Assembly: GCA_965198365.1 (NCBI GenBank)
Contig: OZ240617.1
Coordinates: forward strand, 10,102-74,101
DNA: 64,000 nucleotides
Direction of reading: 5' to 3'
Origin: Candidatus Aldehydirespiratoraceae bacterium
GTDB lineage: Bacteria; Actinomycetota; Acidimicrobiia; Acidimicrobiales; Aldehydirespiratoraceae
This document shows, one piece after another, positions 61,294 through 64,000 of the stretch; the stretch's first letter is position 1, and each line of letters opens with the position of its first letter. The translations under genes and the position numbers were made by a program. Below the pieces are notes generated by a model. That model had not been told where the DNA came from. It was given only the letters and a program-made list of their open reading frames with translations, and searched no databases.

Positions 61294-61452
61294 GGACGCT
61301 CGATTCTCTACGACGGCTCAGCCGCCGGAGGCAACTGAAGCCTACCGAGCGGTGAAGTTCCACAAGGATTGCTTGGGGTGACCGCAGCTAGCAGCAATAG
61401 ACTGCGACCGAGCCGACGCGGCCAAGCCGATTCGACTCAGATCAACACGCCA

Positions 61453-61526
61453 GCGGGTGTAGTTCAATGGTAGAACATCAGCTTCCCAAGCTGATAACGC
61501 GGGTTCGATTCCCGTCACCCGCTCCA
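61453..61526 (+). tRNA. tRNA-Gly (CCC)
   Basis: GCGGGTG/CACCCGC acceptor stem, tcagc-ttcccaa-gctga anticodon arm, GGTTCGATTCC, encoded CCA. Confidence 0.97.
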
Positions 61527-61847
61527 AAGGGGGTTAGCCATTATTTGTGGTCTGGGTTAGCCATTTATCCTGGGTTGGGGTGGCCCACGAGGTTTTTCGG
61601 GGTTCACGCCGGGTCCATAGTGACTCTGCAGTCGAGTGTGGAGTACCGGTTCATGATGACTTCGTTCTTTCTTCTTTGTGCTGTACTGCTGCTGATGCTG
61701 GTTCTGACACAAACGACCCGGGAACTATATTCGATATCCGAAACCGCACCACCGCCCTGGCACATTGAGAAACAAGGGGATGGCCGGTTACACGCCATTC
61801 GGTGTAGGCGTATTTCGAGTTGACGAGTTCGTTGATCTGGATTTGTC

Positions 61848-62003
61848 GGCTACATCGAATGGTTCAACGGCTGACTCCGCTACGAGTGCCTCAAAACCGA
61901 GGACTTCGGCAGCCACCTAGAACCCCGGGTCGTCATCGATGACCGGCGACGCGGCTACAACCACCACCGGCCGCACCGGCCATTCGACGAAATCCCGCCG
62001 TCT
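61848..62003 (+). pseudogene. IS3-family transposase (OrfB C-terminal) remnant
   Basis: GYIEWFNG*LRYECL..F..RVVIDD.R..YN..RPH resembles ESFNG.LRDECL..YN..RPHS; contains an internal stop. Confidence 0.75.
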
Positions 62004-62022
62004 ACGCTGCTAACCACCGAAC

Positions 62023-62370
62023 TCAACTAGACGGTCTGTTCAACTCGCGCAGTGTCGTGGCCTGCTCTCCGCTGATCTCGAACGAGCACATCCGGCTCTT
62101 GCAGTGGCGGCAATACTGCGACTCGCCTTCCAAAAGCAGGTCCAACAACAGGACCGCAGCACCAGCGAAAAGGGCGATGGCTCCTGCCGTCGCATCGAAT
62201 ACGACCAGAGCTACGAATGCGGATGCGATCTCAACGAAGAAGAACAGGAGCTTCAACATCCAGACCTTGGGGGGTACGCCGATCAGAATGTTCTTCGACC
62301 ACTCGTTGACCTCGCAGTTCAAACACTGCCCAGACATAACTGCTGGATTCCAAAACTTGTTTCGCTTCAT
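62023..62370 (-). CDS. Hypothetical membrane protein with two CxxC motifs
   Basis: CLNC..two TM segments..CRHC. Confidence 0.45.
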   Translation of the reverse strand: MKRNKFWNPAVMSGQCLNCEVNEWSKNILIGVPPKVWMLKLLFFFVEIASAFVALVVFDATAGAIALFAGAAVLLLDLLLEGESQYCRHCKSRMCSFEISGEQATTLRELNRPSS

Positions 62371-62478
62371 GCTCTTTCTCGGGCACTCTGCCGACCCACC
62401 CGAAACAGGACGCGCAGGTACCGGAACGGCTGGGCTCCTTCTCCGGCTAGTCTGCCGCCGTGTCGATGATCACAGCAG

Positions 62479-63201
62479 CTAGACCGCACGGGCAATGCCG
62501 CCGTCTTCGAACCGCCATTTCCCGAGCATGTGGAAGCACTCCCACCGCTCCTTAGAGAGGATCAGCCGCAAGACCATCGTGCGTCCCTCGGCTTCAACGG
62601 CTTGGGTAAATGCCCACACTTCGTCGTAGCCGAAGTGCCTAGCTTTCTCCATAATGTCGTTTAAGCTCGGCATCGTAGCCACTAAGCAGACGCCTGTGAT
62701 CTGGTTGGACTCCACATCAATCGTGAGTGATGGAACGGGTGTGAACAAGCTCTCTAGTTCTGTCCCAGCGTCGTCGTCCAACTGAATACATAGCCATCTC
62801 TCATCCACGGACACCGCCTGGAGTTGCCCCCGTACGGCTTTATCCTTCATCTTGCGCTCCAGCGTCTTGCAGAGGTCCGCTGTGTCCCCAGTGGTCCAAC
62901 CCTTGAATCGGTGGCCTACCCGTTTTGTGATGTTGCCCGTCGGCCAATCCTCATAGCGCCAGTCGGTCTTCTTGGACGTTACTTCCATAGCGACAGACCG
63001 GCCGTCTATCTGCAAGAACCAGTCCGGTGTGCGTACACCGTGACGTTCGGTAGGCCGTTCGTGGAGTGCATCAGGGTGCAGCTCAAGGACCATACACAAA
63101 GCAAGCATCTCGGCACGGTTCGTGACGTGACGGGAGCGGATCTGAGTGCGTCTACCCATCGGTGCCTCTAGCGGTCCAAGCTGATGCCGCGTGAGAGGCA
63201 A
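62479..63201 (-). CDS. Hypothetical protein, possible PD-(D/E)xK nuclease fold
   Basis: E..RTPDWFLQIDGRSVAMEVTS; start uncertain. Confidence 0.5.
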   Translation of the reverse strand: MPLTRHQLGPLEAPMGRRTQIRSRHVTNRAEMLALCMVLELHPDALHERPTERHGVRTPDWFLQIDGRSVAMEVTSKKTDWRYEDWPTGNITKRVGHRFKGWTTGDTADLCKTLERKMKDKAVRGQLQAVSVDERWLCIQLDDDAGTELESLFTPVPSLTIDVESNQITGVCLVATMPSLNDIMEKARHFGYDEVWAFTQAVEAEGRTMVLRLILSKERWECFHMLGKWRFEDGGIARAV

Positions 63202-63373
63202 GACTGTAAAGGAGGTGTTCTGCCCTTATGAGCATCGCGACGACTTCTTGGATGGTGCGGCGTTGAATGGCCTTAGAGGACGCGCGGATTGGGTCTGTAT
63301 GGTTGTTTTGGTGCTGTGACGGGTGACTGTTGTGTCGGGTTGTAGACGCGGCCCGTTACGGAGGTCAACTGTT

Positions 63374-64000
63374 GTGCGTGCTTTAGATCCAGAAGTGGTG
63401 GAGGCTGTGTGGGCGGCGACAGCACCAAAGATCCCGGCACCGGCAAACAATCATCCGGTGCGGGGTCACAGGCCCCGAATCCCTGACAAAACCGTGTTTA
63501 CGGGGTTGTTGATCAGGCTAGTCACCGGGTGTTCCTGGGTCACTGTTGAAGCTTTGATGGGGTATGTCGTGTCGGACACGACCATGCGCAGCCGCCGCGA
63601 CGAATGGGTTGCTGCGGGTGTGTTCGATGCGTTAAAGGCCGAAGCTCTCCACGCGTATGACCGTGTTGTGGGTTTGGCTCTGTCTGAGACGGCGGTTGAC
63701 GGGTCGACCCATAAAGCACCATGCGGTGGTGACGGCACCGGCAAAAGCCCTGTTGACAGGGCCAAACTGGGTTGGAAATGGTCGATCTTGACAGACCGGG
63801 CCGGGGTGCCTGTAGCGGCGGCTGTTGCCGGGGCTAACAGACACGACACCGTTTTGCTGAAACCTACGTTGGGTGCTGTTCCGGACAAATATTTGGCCGA
63901 TATCGAAACGCTGCATCTGGACCGGGGCTACGACAACGCACCCGCCCGCGCAGCATGCGCCGCAGCCGGCATCGACGATGTTGTGTGCGCAAAGAAACGG
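63374..64000 (+). mobile_element. IS5-family transposase (runs off the window)
   Basis: RALDPEV..W..HP..HRPRIPD..RLVTGCSW..SDTT.R.RRDEW..G, VDGS.HKAP.GG, GANRHD, HLDRGYD; GTG at 63374 with ggagg RBS. Confidence 0.9.

Noticed and set aside
61570-61840. Small ORFs after tRNA-Gly
   Set aside because: No recognisable motifs; several competing short frames.

Overview
High-GC actinobacterial chromosome segment. Gene content (crgA, pncAB, SerB-ACT, xseAB, prfC, ppc, FN3 and SLH-like surface proteins, many TA modules) fits an Acidimicrobiia-like, possibly host-associated organism; this is inference only. Layout: (1) 1-6 kb: FN3 surface protein, an AbiEii-type nucleotidyltransferase whose partner is a fusion of an IS1595-transposase N-terminus, a winged HTH and a DUF6922-like domain, an AAA/DUF4143 ATPase and a PIN TA pair. 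(2) 7.1-16.1 kb: apparent defence/accessory insertion around a broken HpcH aldolase, holding a TIGR04255-like + WDGY-motif + ART-like three-gene cassette and a two-gene operon of a 1675-aa DEDDh exonuclease-DinG-RecQ fusion plus a degenerate-NERD/UvrD-like helicase. This operon is the best candidate for an undescribed system. (3) 16-27 kb: housekeeping genes. (4) 27-43 kb: repeat-rich surface protein and a sugar/polyol catabolic island (internally duplicated binding protein, FGGY kinase, MDR dehydrogenase, class II epimerase, split transketolase, SorC-type regulator). (5) tRNA-Ala followed by desaturase, ThDP enzyme with a G15 tract, HipBA, acyl-CoA ligase and HicAB. (6) 51-61 kb: housekeeping, an MPG-META in-frame fusion, a pseudo-thiolase, DnaA-like boxes before crgA and a collapsed guaD pseudogene. 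(7) tRNA-Gly followed by an IS3 remnant, a PD-(D/E)xK-like ORF and an IS5 transposase. All calls come from motif reading by eye; no database searches were run.
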